A stretch of 64,000 nucleotides of DNA from the NCBI RefSeq assembly GCF_036321535.1, contig NC_087461.1, positions 21,142,001 to 21,206,000 of the forward strand. Direction: 5' to 3'. The notes under the pieces were generated by a model. It was given only the letters and a program-made list of their open reading frames with translations. It made no database searches and was not told the origin of the DNA. Shown one piece after another: positions 1-15,400 of this stretch. Origin of the DNA: Camelus dromedarius (lineage: Eukaryota). A program made the translations under genes and the position numbers. The first letter of the stretch is position 1. Every line of letters begins with the position of its first letter.

Positions 1-3000
1 GTGTTCAGTGCTGTGTTTGCCGTTCCATTTGATCAGTATTAGCTTGAGATGAAAATGGCAGACATTCGGCTCAGGGGACTCAGCTCACGGGCACTGTCCG
101 GTATTGCAGGTCCTGAGTAATTCTTCATTTCATACAGAATTACTTGGCCCTGGTTCTGGGTTCTGGGGAGCGAACTTATGTTATAGGGAACTGCATTGCC
201 TTTACAAGTGTAACAGCTGTTAGCTTCCCTCTGTGATACAAGAAGATCTTCATATTTTACAAAGTCTTGTTTATTATCTCATGTTGTCTGTCCTTAAGAA
301 TATTTGAATTCTTTTTTTATAAATTTTTTTTTACTGTAGAAGAATATAATGACCTTGAAGTAGAGATACATCACACATCTCCTGATTTTATTTCCTTCGA
401 GGTGGCCACAGATTTATCATTTTCAGCTGCCTCTTCCCAGATGTTCTCAGTTGTTTTCCATACACGACGGGAAATGACTTCTCCCTGGCGATTTGGCCAA
501 TTAATCAAGCTGTGGCAGCATTAACACAGAGCCTTCTGGAATCCTATTTGTGATACTCCGGGGACTTGGAAACAGATTCCCCCTGGGATTATTTCCCACC
601 AAATGTGATACCCCCCAAACGTGGCTTAATTCATGCTGTCAACTTTCAAATAAATATTTTCTCTGAGATACTTTAGCTCACTAATAGTTAGTGTCTCTCA
701 TTAGGGTCAGAAAAACTTGGAGACCTTCTGAAAAGGTGAAAAAGATCATTTAGTTGAGCATCGTGTAGCAATATAATTGGACCAATTACATTATTTTAGT
801 GGTAAGAATAATAATAAAAACACTTGAGGAAAAATATTGTAAATTTGTTGAACAGGGTATCATCGGAACTTTCATTTCCTTTCTTGCTTCCTAAACGTAA
901 AAATCAAAGATAGGGGTGCAGATTTATTAAGTTTTTGATAAAAGTATTTTAGAATGATTAAACTACTTCTGAAAATCGCCGAGTTTGAATGTAGATTTTT
1001 ACTGATCGCTTTCTGGGCGAAGTGTTATTATGTTCTGTGAAGCAGACAGTGTGCTTTTATTGTCTCTGTGTTGTAAACAAACCAGTTATAAAGTTTGTCC
1101 TCTTATATGATGAGTGAAGGACATAGGATCCAATTCAAATTTTAAGTGTTCTAATTACAAATCATGTACCGGTTTGCAGCGGCATCCATGTAGCTTTTTG
1201 GATATAAAAAAATCTGTGAGTTAGAGTTCCCTTTCTGCATGAGAATTTAAAAACTTGGGTGTTTTTTTTTTTTGAGGGGGGTGTGCCTTTTTCTGGAAAC
1301 CTGATAAAAGTTTCTGTAAACTATCTTTGTGTGGTGATTCAATTATTTTGATTGGCAAATTGCATCTGGGCTTGGACAGCTGTGAACATCTAGCCCGGTG
1401 GTGGTTCAGGAGAGGCACTGGCTGACTGGGGCGGGGCAGGGGCTTGTGCACCCGGGGGCACTGGCGGGCAGCCCCCATGTGTCTCCTTCCCTGCACCTGA
1501 GCTGTCGTCTGGGGGACCCATGAGAAGAGACCCCGGGCAGCTCTGGGGAGACTCAGCGTGTCCAAAAGTTTTTTTCAGTTTTCACACTTGATTTTGTTGT
1601 TTGGCTGGGCATATTTTTCTGCATTGAAAATTAATTTTTTCCTTGATGTAGAAGGTATGACTCTCTTATCTCGTAGAATTTAATGCTACTATTCAGAAGA
1701 CATTGTTACCACAGAACAGTTGCTCACGATGTTCCTAGTTTTAGTTTGCTAGTGAGCATATGGATGCTACCACTTGGCAATGCTCTGATTAAACAGTTCT
1801 TGGGAGGCAGTTCTCATGGTTCTGTGGCATTTTTGTGCATTTTGAGAACAAAGGCCTTTGTTCTGGGCTCTCCGTTCAGTGGTGGGTGTGCAGCAGCCTT
1901 GGCAGGATGGTGTCTCCCTCCAGAGCAGTGAGGGACCTGCTGGCTGACTGTCTACAAGACTTGAGGTCCCTGCGCCCCAGGTTCCTGGTGTGGGCCAGTG
2001 TTGCCTGGGCCTCTTCACGTCCCCTGTGGGGGTTTTAGCTTAGGAGTCAGTGCACGAAAGGGCGGTGCTCTGGCCAGTGCTGCTGCTGTCATGAACTGTC
2101 CCAAGTCTCTGACCCAGGAGTCTCCCTTCCACCCCTCATGGAAAACATCACTTTGGGGGTTCTTGTTTACCCTCTAAGAGTGAATCTGAGGCAGGTTCAG
2201 GATGCTGGTTAACTTTTGAAATTCATTACTTGCTGGTGCTTAGAAGAGATAGATGACTGCGAGGTGCACGGTGGGCACTCTGGACGCAGGACCATCAGTC
2301 TTCAGGAGCTTGGCCCGTGTGCTGCACCACCACCGAGGACACACAAAGCCTGTCTGAACCCACAGGAAAACTGGGCGCCTTAGATTCCCAGTGGGAAGGT
2401 CAGTTGGGAATCAGCAGCTGCTCTGCTTTGCCTTCCTGCTGCTTTGATAATTTAAAATACAGTTTGATGTTGTGTGTGGAACCTGTACCCTTTGCTTATC
2501 ACTTTTTGGATTGATGTCTCTGTTGATGCCATATACGTTTCTACTATGAATCTGTCAAATACATGGTTAAAAATATAAAATTTTTCTCTAACGGTGGAGT
2601 GTTGTGTTGGTAGTTTAGTAAGTTCGCATGTGAACTCACTGTTACCAAATTTATACAGTAGGAGTGGTAAACCTAACAGGCTGTGTGTGTACATAAATCA
2701 TACATATGAACTTCCAAGATATAGATTAAATAAATTTTATTTAGTTGTATTTGGAAACATATTACCCCAGAGATTCCTGGGGTGATTTTGTTTCCATTCA
2801 CAAAATATTTGTGGGGTACCTGCTAGGCACCAGGTACCGAGGTGACGCACACGTGAGCCTCTTTGCCACTGTCTCTGGAGATTCTGTGGCTTTTCTGCAT
2901 ATTCCCATTAGATTCCCAAGACCATTGATACCATCAGGCATTCAAATGATCCTGCAAAGCCAGCTTTACTAGTGAAAAGACAGTAGCCAGGACTGTAAGG

Positions 3001-3729
3001 TCAGGCATACTCTTGGGTGATATTTCAGTGACTTTTGTGAACCATCACGTCTGTTCCACATGTGCCTTTTGAAGCACCAGCATGCCTACCCGATTTCTGT
3101 AAAATGCTGGAATATAATTTTACAAAACACTGGCATTCTACGAGGAAGAGTGCAGTCGGGGCGGTGGGGGCGGGTGCTGTGTTGTTCTTCGTTCCCTTCC
3201 CTCTGCTCCGCCCTTTGTGTCAGAGTGAACAGAAGGGTTCTTCGCGGCTGAGATCTCAGTGCCTTTACCTCTAAATGGTCAGTCGATTGGTTTAGGGTAA
3301 CTTTGTGTGAAATTTCACAGGAGGAAGTATTTAAGCCTAGGACTGTACTGACTCATGCTCATTTTGACAAGCTGTGTTTCTAGGAACTGGGGACTGAAGA
3401 TTTTGCTGCTCCTTGAGGTTTCTAATGGTCTCGCCTGTTTGGATTCATAAAAATGTTAAACACGCATCCGTAGTAGTGTGCGTCTGTTAATGTGTTAAAA
3501 CATTGTGGTCACTTCCTAAAACATTCATCAAAAAGAGAAATAAAAATGATAGGCTAAGAAGGTTGACCTAAGTACCAGTTCTAATGTTTTCTTTCCTTAT
3601 TGCATTGGCATCTTGTTCACCCCGGGAGGCACCAGCTCGGGAGACTGTTGCTTTAAACCTGCAGTTTTTCCCATGCGCTCACCCGCCGTCTCATGCAAGC
3701 TCGTTCCCACGGGGGAGAGACCTAGTTAA

Positions 3730-3930
<201 letters not shown>

Positions 3931-5701
3931 TAAGTCCTTATGGTTCCAACTAACTCTGTCACATCCCGGTAGCTTCCCTGATGCCAGCAAATATTCCGGA
4001 AGCGCATGGCATTAAGAATGTTTGTGCTTAGTGAAAATGTGCCTTGGTTGCTTCCCAAAGAGTATCCTCCATCTCCTGAGTTAATGATCTCTGAGTAGGT
4101 AAGAGCCACAGCATGGAAGTCCACACGCACCTGCCGTGAGCTTCATGCCTTGACAGATACTATTAAGTTACAGCACAAAATAGTATTTGATTGAAAATGT
4201 TCGTCATGTTCACAGCACTCTATTTTCATATTGCTTTTTGTATGTCAGTATTTTGGTCTTTTGTTTGTTCTTCAACTTTGCAAAATTATAGACATACTCT
4301 ACTTAAAAGAACTAGTTGGATCAGGTAGGCATTAGTCAGTATATTTTTTTTGGTTTGGAGAAATAGAATCTCAAGATCTTTGCTGAAAAATTAGAGGTTA
4401 GGGAACTTGAACGTGATTTTTAAGTATGAGAGGTCAAAGAAAGGCTTCCATATATTATCACAACTTTACACTTATCTTAAATAGTGGCATGTTTGCATGG
4501 GAGGTGTTCTCAGAACTTTGTCAAAGTTACCTTAGAGCAGGGAGGGCAGTCATTCTAAATTATTTTGACTTTGGGTAAAAGTTTGGGGTCCAGATGTTAA
4601 TATTTAAACTCTTAATTCTGTCTTCTCTTGGTCTTCAAGGGAGTGCTCTGAGAACTTTCTCAGGTAAACAGGCTCCTGAATCAGGTTATGTTTGGCTTCC
4701 AGCTGCCAACACTCTAAGAATTTACATTTAAGAAATGCTTGCCCCGTCATGGTTCTTATTAGAAAGAATGTGAAATAAAATTAATATATTAAAGTTACCA
4801 TGCTATTCTGAGTTGACAAACCAGTCATTAAATAGATGTTCAGATGATATTAAATAAAGTATTTAAATTTGGATTTTATGAAATCCTCTGATAATATATA
4901 AAAATTAAATAGCCATTTAAATAATACAATTTTAGTAAATGTTTTGGCAATGTGACAAAATTTTAATTTTGTCCTAATTAGTGTAAGTGATTAAATCTAT
5001 ACTCACATTTTCAATTTTGTTATGACTTATTTGCTATTCTTGTCTTTAATTTTCGTTAGTCTTTGTGTTACACAGTCAGAGCACTCATGCTGTGTAGGAA
5101 TACCCCAGGTTTTACTTAAGAACTACAGTTGAAGCACTGGCATTTTCCATAGTATGAAAACTGTACCATGACCTTTATCAAGTCCACTGATAATCACTTC
5201 ACAGTTGTCCAGGTTGCTTCACCTAGACATGTAATTGAAATAATGTTTCCAAACACTGATTTGTAGGTAAGTACTGCTCAGACTTCTGTGCAGTCCTAAC
5301 ACACACAGAAATATTTGCAAAGAAAGTGGAGTCTCTTCTAGGTGGTTCAGAAAACGTACACTCTCCAGCTTACTCCCACCTTCACTACGACTCAGCTGAC
5401 TGTGCTAATGTTAAAGCACTGTTCTTATGGGGCAGAAGTGACTTTGTGTCACTTCCCGTCAGCAGCTTCATGGCTGGGGCTCCACCGCCAGCACCCTTGG
5501 GGTGATGACTGGATTGTCAGTGGGCGTCCCGGGTGCTGCGGCACCCCACGTGCAGGGAGCGCGCTCACGGCAGGGGGGACCACGGGGCAGTGGACGTGAG
5601 GGCGGCTGCATCCCATCTGACTGTCACCTCCAGGGGCAGAGCTTTGACCCAGTTGGCTCTTTGGAGGGTCAATGATGTGACCTGTGTGGGACACTGTATA
5701 A

Positions 5702-6178
<477 letters not shown>

Positions 6179-7053
6179 TAACGTATCATGCAGGTTTTTC
6201 ATTGAATCGTAATGTGGAGTGTTTGATCTTCGTTTGTGCTCAGCTATTGGGTGGTGTCACTTTAGCATGTGCTTCATAGAAACATTGCCATCTGGGGACT
6301 CCTGCTCCTTCATCCTCACGGATATACCATAATCCAGAAAGCACTTATGAAGATGAAGAAATATGGCCTTTAAATTATCCTAATAATTTTACTGTTCACC
6401 CCATCCATGCACACATTTCACTTCTTTGCAAATTGGCGATAAAAGTCAGGACTCCAGCCCGACAGGCAAAGTTAAGGGAGGCTTCAAGCAATTTCCTGAA
6501 AACATTGGTTCAGTAAGAATTATCCTGATAACTTAGGTAATGATTCACTTTAAATTTGTTTTAAATGTTGATTCGTCCTTTAATTTTGTACTGTTTCTTT
6601 GATGATGGTTGAAATGCTGACAAGTTACATAAGCTACGGATTTATTCCCCACCTTGTGGCTCATAACCCCTGTTAAACCTGCACACTTGGAAGTGCAAAC
6701 GCTGTGACTTCTTTATAGAACGTGGATCCGTCAAAACACCAGATGTTAAAGGAGCTTCTTTTCTGCTGCTTTTTTTCTGTGAGAGAATTATTGTTTTTCT
6801 AAATACATACTTAAATACTCTGAACTGATTCTGCAGCTAATGGTTGAGGAGCGCCCACCATCCACATGTGAAATGTTGCCTCCTTCTGGGGGAGGGGGAA
6901 GGAGGATGGGGGATGGGACCCACCCACCCCTCCCCCAGCCGCTCCTTTCACCCATCTGATGAGGCCCCAGTGAGACACATGTATGAACTATTCGGCCTCT
7001 TATTTTGAACCACTTCTTTCTTTTATTGTTACACTTTTATCTGTTTACCTTTT

Positions 7054-7167
7054 TAGGGGGAGGTAGTTAGATTTGTTTGTTTCTTTTTCTTTCTTGCTCT
7101 GGGGATTGAACCCAGGACCTCGTGTATCCTAAGCAGGCACTCAGCTACTGACCTATACCCTCCGCCT
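7054..7167 (-). mobile_element. tRNA-derived SINE (camelid vic-1-like)
   Basis: Reverse complement ggagggtataggtcagtagctgagtgc...gaggtcctgggttcaatcccc (pol III A/B boxes); flanking repeat tctgtttacc at 7040-7049 and 7168-7177. Confidence 0.85.
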
Positions 7168-8469
7168 TCTGTTTACCATTTGTTTTAACTTCCTTTACAC
7201 CCAGAGTAGGAAGAGGGGTAGCTGGACAGTAGCCTCAGGCCAGTGGATGAGAGCCCAGAACAGTTTCCACTCTTGCTGGGGATTTCAAGCGTCTTGTGTG
7301 TTGTGAGGGACAGATGGGGCCCCAGCGACAAGCCTGTGATTAAATTTTCTATTTAATTTTCAAAGTAAGTATTTCAACAGTTGTACCCCCTTCCTGGTAC
7401 ATGTCCTGACCGTGTGAATCCAGGTCTCCTCTCTTTGATAAAGAGCTTTCTGGGAGGTCTGGAGGCTGAAACCTGGGTTACCGAGCTGAATACGGGCCTC
7501 AGATGTCAGCGTTACACAACCAGATGTGAGATCCACCTGGAACTTGGGGGGATGATATTCAGAGTTGTGACTGCTTTCACGTTTCTCCTGCTTCTGTGCT
7601 TTTTATTATTTTTTTTCAACTCTGGAGAAGCATTGAAATTTCTTCAAAGAACTTTCAGCTAAAGAAACTTATAAGTATTCAAAGTGGCCCTTGCCTTTTA
7701 ATCCTTTAAAAATGATAATTTTAAATGATCGCAGAAGTTAAATCTTTTTCCCATTTATTTCATGAGGAGAAAAATAAGAGAGGAACAGGATGCGTGGATT
7801 ACACCTTCTCAACGTTAATGTGCCTTGAGCTGCGTGTGGACGGGACTCAGCACCTATGAGACTCTGTTGTGTGTGGCGCCAGCTTTGAACCAGTGTTTCA
7901 GTTACAAACATGTTATTTTCTGTCCTGTATTACACAGTTCCCGCCTCGGTGGGAAAGGATGTTAGGATAAAATAGATAAAAAGCCTAAAGCAAAAAAGAC
8001 AGTAAGACAGAAAAATAAATCTACTGTGAGTCAGTTGAGTGGAAGGTGCCACACAAAATCTAGGACGTACTGGTCACCACAGGGTTTAGTTTTGATACAC
8101 GGGCCGCGGGCAAGCAGACGGGTACCCTGTCAGAGCTGCGAGTTGTTTTAGAGCTGACTCACGTTTAATCCCTGCTGATCTGGCAAGTAATGAAGGAAAT
8201 CTTGTATAGCTTTCCAGTACTAGGGACAGAGAGATTAAGAAAGTGAGGTTCTGGCTAAACCCTTTTCAGGCATCACCAGTTCTCAAGCTGGGAAGCAGAA
8301 CAGAGTTTTTCCCCCACCCTCTGTGTTGCATCTTTGAGCTTCTGCTCGGCCTGTATTGTCACAGACCTTCGGAGAGAGGCTGACGGCGGAGAGGAGCCAG
8401 GGGGGCTGTTCGAGGATCTCAGACGCCCGTGACCTGGGCTCAGAAACGCTTCCAAGTGGGCTCTTCCCA

Positions 8470-8760
8470 GTCCGTGGGAAACCTTCTCAAGTGTCTCCTG
8501 TGTGACGGGTCCCGTGTGTGGTGTTAGATGACCAGGACGAACAGGATGGAGCCTCTCTCCAGGGGTTTGCAGTCAAGCTGGAGTGTGAGCTGGAAAACAC
8601 ACAGTTGTAGTTACGTAACAAATGCCCACAAGGTCGTAACCACAGGTGCTCCATGAGCCGACGGGGGAGGAGTCGTCCGAATCAGATAGCTGATGCTGGC
8701 TTGTCAGGCTGATTTTGGATGTGATGACGGTGCATCCAGGGGGCTGTCCCAGCCCCGCGG
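8470..8760 (-). mobile_element. Degenerate L2 fragment
   Basis: Weak resemblance to the L2 3' region; highly diverged. Confidence 0.4.
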
Positions 8761-11700
8761 TGGCTGCAGCAGCAGGTTAGGCGATGCGCTGAGCAGAAGG
8801 GAAGAGGTTAAATGGAACTCGTGAAGCACTTGCACGCAGACCTAGTGGGAACACGGGAATGCATATTCATGGCATGTAAGCTCAAATTTCCAAGAATAAC
8901 TTTCTTCGTACAAAATTCCAGTCACACTTGGGCCAGCTCAGTTTTGGAGATAAAACTAATTGAATAACACTTAGTGAAAACTTACTTTTATAAAAGTGAC
9001 ATAACACATGAGTGTTGCCTTCCGATTTCAATTTCAAAGTCAGAGAGTCTAAGGAACGAGGCAGAATAGGGGTCACACGTCGCCGAGAGAAGGCACACAC
9101 AGCAGAACATCTCAGATAGCAAGTATAACTCAGGAAAATAGGAAGAGTGTGCAGTCAATGTTAGAGAAACTCACAAAGCCACTTGGGTGTTAGGTGTTAT
9201 TATGGCCTGAGGTGTAAGGACGTTCTTTGAATAAAGACCTGCAGGGGCCAACTTCAAAAGGCTGTTTTCTGGAGGAGGTCGAATGTCGTTCCTTGACTGG
9301 GGGCGGCGGTGACAGCTGGCTTGTGCCTGCCCGTCCCCACCTGCTGCCCGGGACCCCAAACCTGCAGGCAGACTGATGCTGGGGAGACTTGCTCTGGCCC
9401 CTCGGTTCTGCCCCTTGTTGGCTTCCTCTTGTATTTTATTCAGAAATAAAGGTAACTGACCCCCATCCAGACCTCCTCATTCAGTTTCATTACCTTGAAA
9501 TCAGTTTTCACTTCACACGTATAATTTCATTTCCTCCCGATTTAAATGTCAAACGTGACCTCCTTATTCAAGTCACGAGGGCGGCGACTTCAGGAAGGCT
9601 GTGCCGAGTGACTGCCGCTTCTTCTGGCAGAAAAGCCACGTCTCATTGTATACATTCTGCGCACTTCCAGGACCTGGCCCGTCGGGGCTACTCGGCAGAG
9701 CTCGCGGGGCGGTGCTGTCCCAGACATCAGACGGTCAGGACGCACGCAGGTGTGGTGTCGTGAGTTTTCCTGAGCCTGTCCGGTTACACGGGAGTCTGAT
9801 TGGGAGACAGTGTGAAGGACTTGGAGGCAACATGTAAAAGTCTGTCCTGAAGTGGGGGCTGAGCTCACGCAATTATAAGATTTCATATTTAAGTTTCACC
9901 AACTTAAGGTCTAATTGAGAAGTGTGTCTGTAAAAAGATCCCTGGTGTGTGTCGGCGGCTCTGTACCTGTGCCGTGGGGCTCAGACGGGGCAGGACCATT
10001 GACTCTTGGATGCCTTGCAGCAGTGGAGCTTGATCTGTTCCTTAAAGGAAATACAGGACTTTCGCTGCCGATGCTCTGGAAAGACACTCTTTCCAGCATA
10101 GACCATGCAAGGAAGACGCTATGTACGAGGGTGAGGAATAATGTCAGTGATTTGAAAGAGTGTACTGGATGGTATCACAGGAGAGACTGTTAGGAAGGAC
10201 GGTGCGAGTGGCCCATGAGACTTCATTCAGTAAACAGAGAAGTTGTCGAAGGTTTTCGAGAATATCATTGAAATATTTTTTTTAATAACTCTTGTTCTTC
10301 TGCTGGAAGCCCGCGGTCTCACCTGCAGTCCATGTCCTTACCCTTCCCCCAGGGACGCACGTTTGGCTGAGCGTGTTATTCTCGGTCAAGCGCAGCCGCT
10401 CCCCCTGGGTCTTCTCCATAGTGGTCATTCCCCACTCACCTCCATGCTTCTTCATTCTTGGCCCGTGGCCCTTGGCTTTCCCATTCTTTGTCTTATGCAA
10501 GTAAGAGTTGTATGTTTGTTTATTTCATTAAGCAAGTTTTTGTTTTGTTTTTTTAAGACTCTGTACTAGGCACCATTCTTGGTTCTAGGCGAACTCTCTG
10601 CAAAGAGTCAGGCATTCAGTATTTTTGGCACGGTGGGCCACCAAGCGTCTGTTGCAAGGGTTCATTTCTGTCATTGTGGCGTGAAAGCGGCCCCAGACCA
10701 TGTGTCACGAGATGAGCGTGGCCGTGTTCCCGTCAAGTTCATTTGCAGAAACAGGGGTCAGGTTGAATTCTGGCTCAGGGGCTGTAGTTTGCCAGTCCTG
10801 CTCCTGAGAACCAGACAGAAGTGCCTGCCATCCTGGGGTTTACACCCTCGTGTTTTTCATATCTCAAATTCCTTCTCTTCTGTTCCCTATTCATATTGTT
10901 TGGGGTGAGGGGCAAGAGCCCAAAACTTCAGTTCCACTTACTGGCTGATAAGAAAGCCTCTTTGTTGTAACTGTACATTCTTTCCCACCAACACACACCA
11001 CTCATTCTAACCGGTTCCCTGGAGGAAGGGAAATAGAAAACAACCACATTTTTTGACATGGTCTCGTTAGTAACAAGACTCACAGAACTTCTCTTCCCGA
11101 TGTCCATCGTCAATCATGGGACCCGAGGACAAATGTAAAGTCTTTAGTTAGGAAAACCGCCCTTGGTGAGAAGGTGTGTGTGGGAGGTGGGGGGGGGTCT
11201 CCGTGTCTTTCAAGCTTTCTGCTCATGGCTGGTGCTGGTAGCTCCGCCTTCACCCCTAGGGAAGGGACACTCCTTTGACTTTGTATGGTTATAGTAAGAA
11301 CATATACATACTTACAAAATACATGTAAAATATAATTACGAGCTGCAGTGGCAGCTAATGAGAATGATATTTTGTCTTCCTACAATGTCCCTTTAAAATT
11401 CCCTCCAAATGCTTGATGCGCTGGCTGTCTTGGCAGGTGCCCGCTAGTCTGTGTACTAGTGGAAAAGCATCTCTTCTGTCATGCATGCGAGATGAGAATT
11501 TGCTCTTATATCCTGAACTTGAGAATTCCAGTACACACTTATTTAGTGAGTTGGGCATATTTGTTAAATGAAGAATTGCAATCAATTTGAATTTCTTGGA
11601 AACAGTTCAGGTGCTAAGAGCTTTATTTGAGGCTTGTAGATTTCAGTTCCCTGTAGAATTTTAAAGTTGAATAGTCACTTATAAAGGAACAAATACGCTC

Positions 11701-12302
11701 TTGACCTCTGAGTTCTCAATTTTATTTTCATTATTTTCCAAAAAAAAAAAAGCGACAGTTTAACTTTATCTACTGAATCTGTAGCCTTTTGTCTGGAAGT
11801 GTTCAGCTCTGCATTCTCAGCCGCAGACTCGTTCTGTTCTACAAGCAGGACGTAATAAATGCATTTGTTTTAGAGAGAAAAGTTGTATTTGCATTTAGGT
11901 AAATCTTGCTTTCTTTAAATGTAATTGTATGATGCCTATCATTTCTGCCCTAATCTAAAAGAATTCTCTACTTTTTTTTTTTTTTTGCCATTTTTGGTCC
12001 ACTTGATCTTATCCAATAAAGATTTTTTTAAAAATCAAGATTTTATATTAACTTGGAATCCTGGCTGTGGTTCTAGGGCTGGAAGGCAGGTTCTGGCCAG
12101 CCCTCCACTCGGGGCTCAGCGAGGGGCGAGGGTCTTGCTGGTGGGACCCCATTCTGCTCGATTCTGCTCTGCCTTCCCCGCAGTCGTGGTGTTCAGACGG
12201 TGTCAGCTTTTATTAAGATGAATTATGATCATTTCCATACAGCTGGGTGGCAGTTGTGGGCGTTTACATTATCAAAGCAAAACTCAGACTTGCTCAGCCA
12301 AT

Positions 12303-12482
12303 NNNNNNNNNNNNNNNNNNNNNNNNNNNNNNNNNNNNNNNNNNNNNNNNNNNNNNNNNNNNNNNNNNNNNNNNNNNNNNNNNNNNNNNNNNNNNNNNNN
12401 NNNNNNNNNNNNNNNNNNNNNNNNNNNNNNNNNNNNNNNNNNNNNNNNNNNNNNNNNNNNNNNNNNNNNNNNNNNNNNNNNN
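12303..12482. other. Assembly gap (180 N) in intron 7
   Basis: Run of N. Confidence 0.99.
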
Positions 12483-15400
12483 TTCTAATTATGCATCAAA
12501 ATCATGTAAGAGATGCCGCCTTTCAGCAGCTTGCTTTCTGTGGCTCTTCTTCTTGCCCTTTTTTTGGGGAGGGTAAGAAGCCTTGTTCAGAAGCTGTGAT
12601 GGGAGGCTTAAAAGAAATGTGTGTGTATCTCCTTGTCTTTTATTTTAGGAAGATTATTCAGGAATGAAATCTGTACATTGTGGTCATAGTAATTTCCCCC
12701 TAAGTCTTGGAAAAGTTAGCGGAAACAGGAAGAGTAGATTTGGGGATGTTTCAGGTTGACCAAGAAGAAAGCCATTGGCTCAAAAAGCATCCGTGAGACT
12801 CATGCGGCGGGGACAGAGGTGCAGGGCCAATTTCCCTGAGCCCTGGTGCCCTGTCTTGGCAGACCTGCCCTCCCTGAGGCGAGGGATCCGCCCTGGCCCT
12901 CCTCCTGTGGCCGATCGGTCCTGCCCTCGCTGTCCCCCCAAGCAGAGCTTGCCCGGCTCCTCCTCCTGCTCCCTCTCTGCTGTTTTTGGCCAAGTGGTTT
13001 CCTCCTCTGGCAGAAAATGGTTGCCCCTAATAAGGAGTCCTGGTACCAATGGCCAGGAAGGAAGATCAGTCTCCACCCCAGCACAGCTTCACGCCCAGGT
13101 GCTCGGAGCTTCCTGGCCTTTGGTGACTTTCCCTGAGGAGTGTGTTCCAGGAACACAGAACCATCGGTACGCCAGCCTTTGTTTCTTCCCAACAAATTCT
13201 AGCTGCTGGCTGAATCTGCAGAACAGGTTCCCAGAGTCTGAGTTGAGTTGTGCCGCGTGAGCTGCTGCTGCCCCGGGAGCGGGGCGTGGACACGCACCTG
13301 CCCAGCCCCACACGGCCCCTGGAAGGTGAGTGGGCCTGGTGTTGACCCCTCTTCAGGGGGACTCTGGGTCTCAGCCTGGCCGTGTGCTGTCAGCTCGGTT
13401 TTCTTGTCTTTCGTTGGATCATCCCCCTCCTTTTGTCATCATTGTCACTCAGTGAAGCCGATGAGATAGTTTTGCAGATTGTACGTCTTTCCTTTTGAAT
13501 CAGTCTGTCCGTGTGGAGAGCGTGCTTCTAACAGTGTGGTCAGGCGCCTCCACGCCAGCAGGCTCCTCACTCCCCTGATCCTGTCTGTTCCATTCATTCC
13601 CTGGTCACTCGGGTCGTGGGGGTGCGATGCACTTTGTCGCTCAGGGTGGCGTTCTCCCCTCTCCGCTCCTCCAGCCCCACCGCCCCCTCAGTTCTCTGCT
13701 CTCTGGTGCTGAGAAAGAGGGTTCTGGGATTTTTTGCGATGACTTCAACAGCTTTGGATTCTAAAACCTCATTTAATAAGCATCCATGCCATTTCATGAA
13801 AACGTGATGGTGCACTGATGTATGGTTTGTAACGTTTTTACTTATGGTAGAATTACTCACGCGTCGGGCCACATGTGAGGGCTTGTTTAGAAAGACAAGC
13901 CATTCAATAAATGAAGCATGTCACACTTTTTTACTTTGGATCATTATTCTGGAGTGATTCCCAGGTGATCATTCTTTTTTTCCCAGGGGGAGAAAAAAGT
14001 AGATTTAAGAAAAGACATGATTATCTAGATGAATAGAAATACAAAACAAAATATTGCTGCCACTTGTAGAATTAAATCACGGCTTTCCAAGTTGTATTAT
14101 TTAAACTGTCATAAATACTGACAGGATCCTTTGGAGGTAAATTTATACGTGTGAACAAATTACTGGTACTAGTTACCTGCTGAGTGATTTCCATTAAACC
14201 TAGTCTGTCTGTCTGTCTCTCTAAAAATCTTCTGTGGTCTGTTTTAGAAGGCACAGAATATTCCAGAATACATAAAGACATCACCATGATCAGTCACTTG
14301 AGACCACAGATTTTCCCATCCTGGGAAATCACCTGGGACCTCGCTGACTAAAGGCTACCCGGTGAACTGGGGTGACCCTTGGTGGGGCATGTCTTCCCTT
14401 GGGGACGGAGCACATAAACCTCAAAGGAGCATGCTGGTCCACAGAGGCAGCTGTGAGCAACAGGCGTGGCACCCAGTCTCTGTGGCTCTGCAGGGACCGC
14501 CCATGGGTGGCCGAGTCACCTGTCCCCTCAGCTGCTGTCCCTCGTGGATGCCAAGTGGCCCGGGGTCCCCTCCTGGTTCCACTGTCAGCAGTGAGAGATT
14601 TCATTTGATTTCTCTGATTATTTTGTCCCATTCAGCAAAATTACAGGCAAATCTTAATGATTTGATTCCTTCGATAGAGCACTTTGTTCAGGTGTCCAGG
14701 GAAGCAAACAAACAGGTGGGCAGCTCTGGCAGACAGCTGGCAGGCTTGGGGCATTTTGGTTGTCCCTTAACCCTGGCGTGGCCCATGGGAGGTTCGTGTC
14801 CCGCCAGGTAGGGTCTCGGGCTGCTCATGCTCATGGAGGTGCGTCAGCGTCCAGCTTCTTACCTTTGAGCTGAGAGAGTTTCTATTTATTTAGCTCCAAT
14901 ATGTGGTTGCAAGTAACAAGAAATGACCTACGTGGTGGTTTTTTCATCAGTCACTAAGCTCCTCAGACTCTTAAACTAGTAGTTGCTCATCCTCAAATAA
15001 CATGACAAAAGGCGATGTAAATGTTATCTCTGATTCTTACAAGGAGGTATGTTAAGCTGCAAAATAACAAGCACACATGCACACACACACACAAAACCAA
15101 TGGACCTTTGCTTCAATTCAGTTCATTTCAGCGAAGTCCTGTATTTGGTATAAATGACACTGTCATGAAAAAACAGGATCTGAATCTAAATTTTGCCTCA
15201 CTGATTCTATTTTGCAAAAAGCTTATTGTAAATTTGAGACCTGTTTGCTTCAGCTAAACTCAGTCCCCCACTCATGCAGCTGTCACTTGTCAAGACCCCA
15301 TTGCTCGCTGAGTGCTGGGGCAGGTACTGCTGCTGCCCCCCGACCCCCATCTTCCTGGGGCTTCCAGCAGGGGTAGGGATGAGGGGTCCAAATGAGGAAC

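Noticed and set aside
12200-12667. ORFs spanning the 180-N gap
   Set aside because: They are open only because N codons are not stops.
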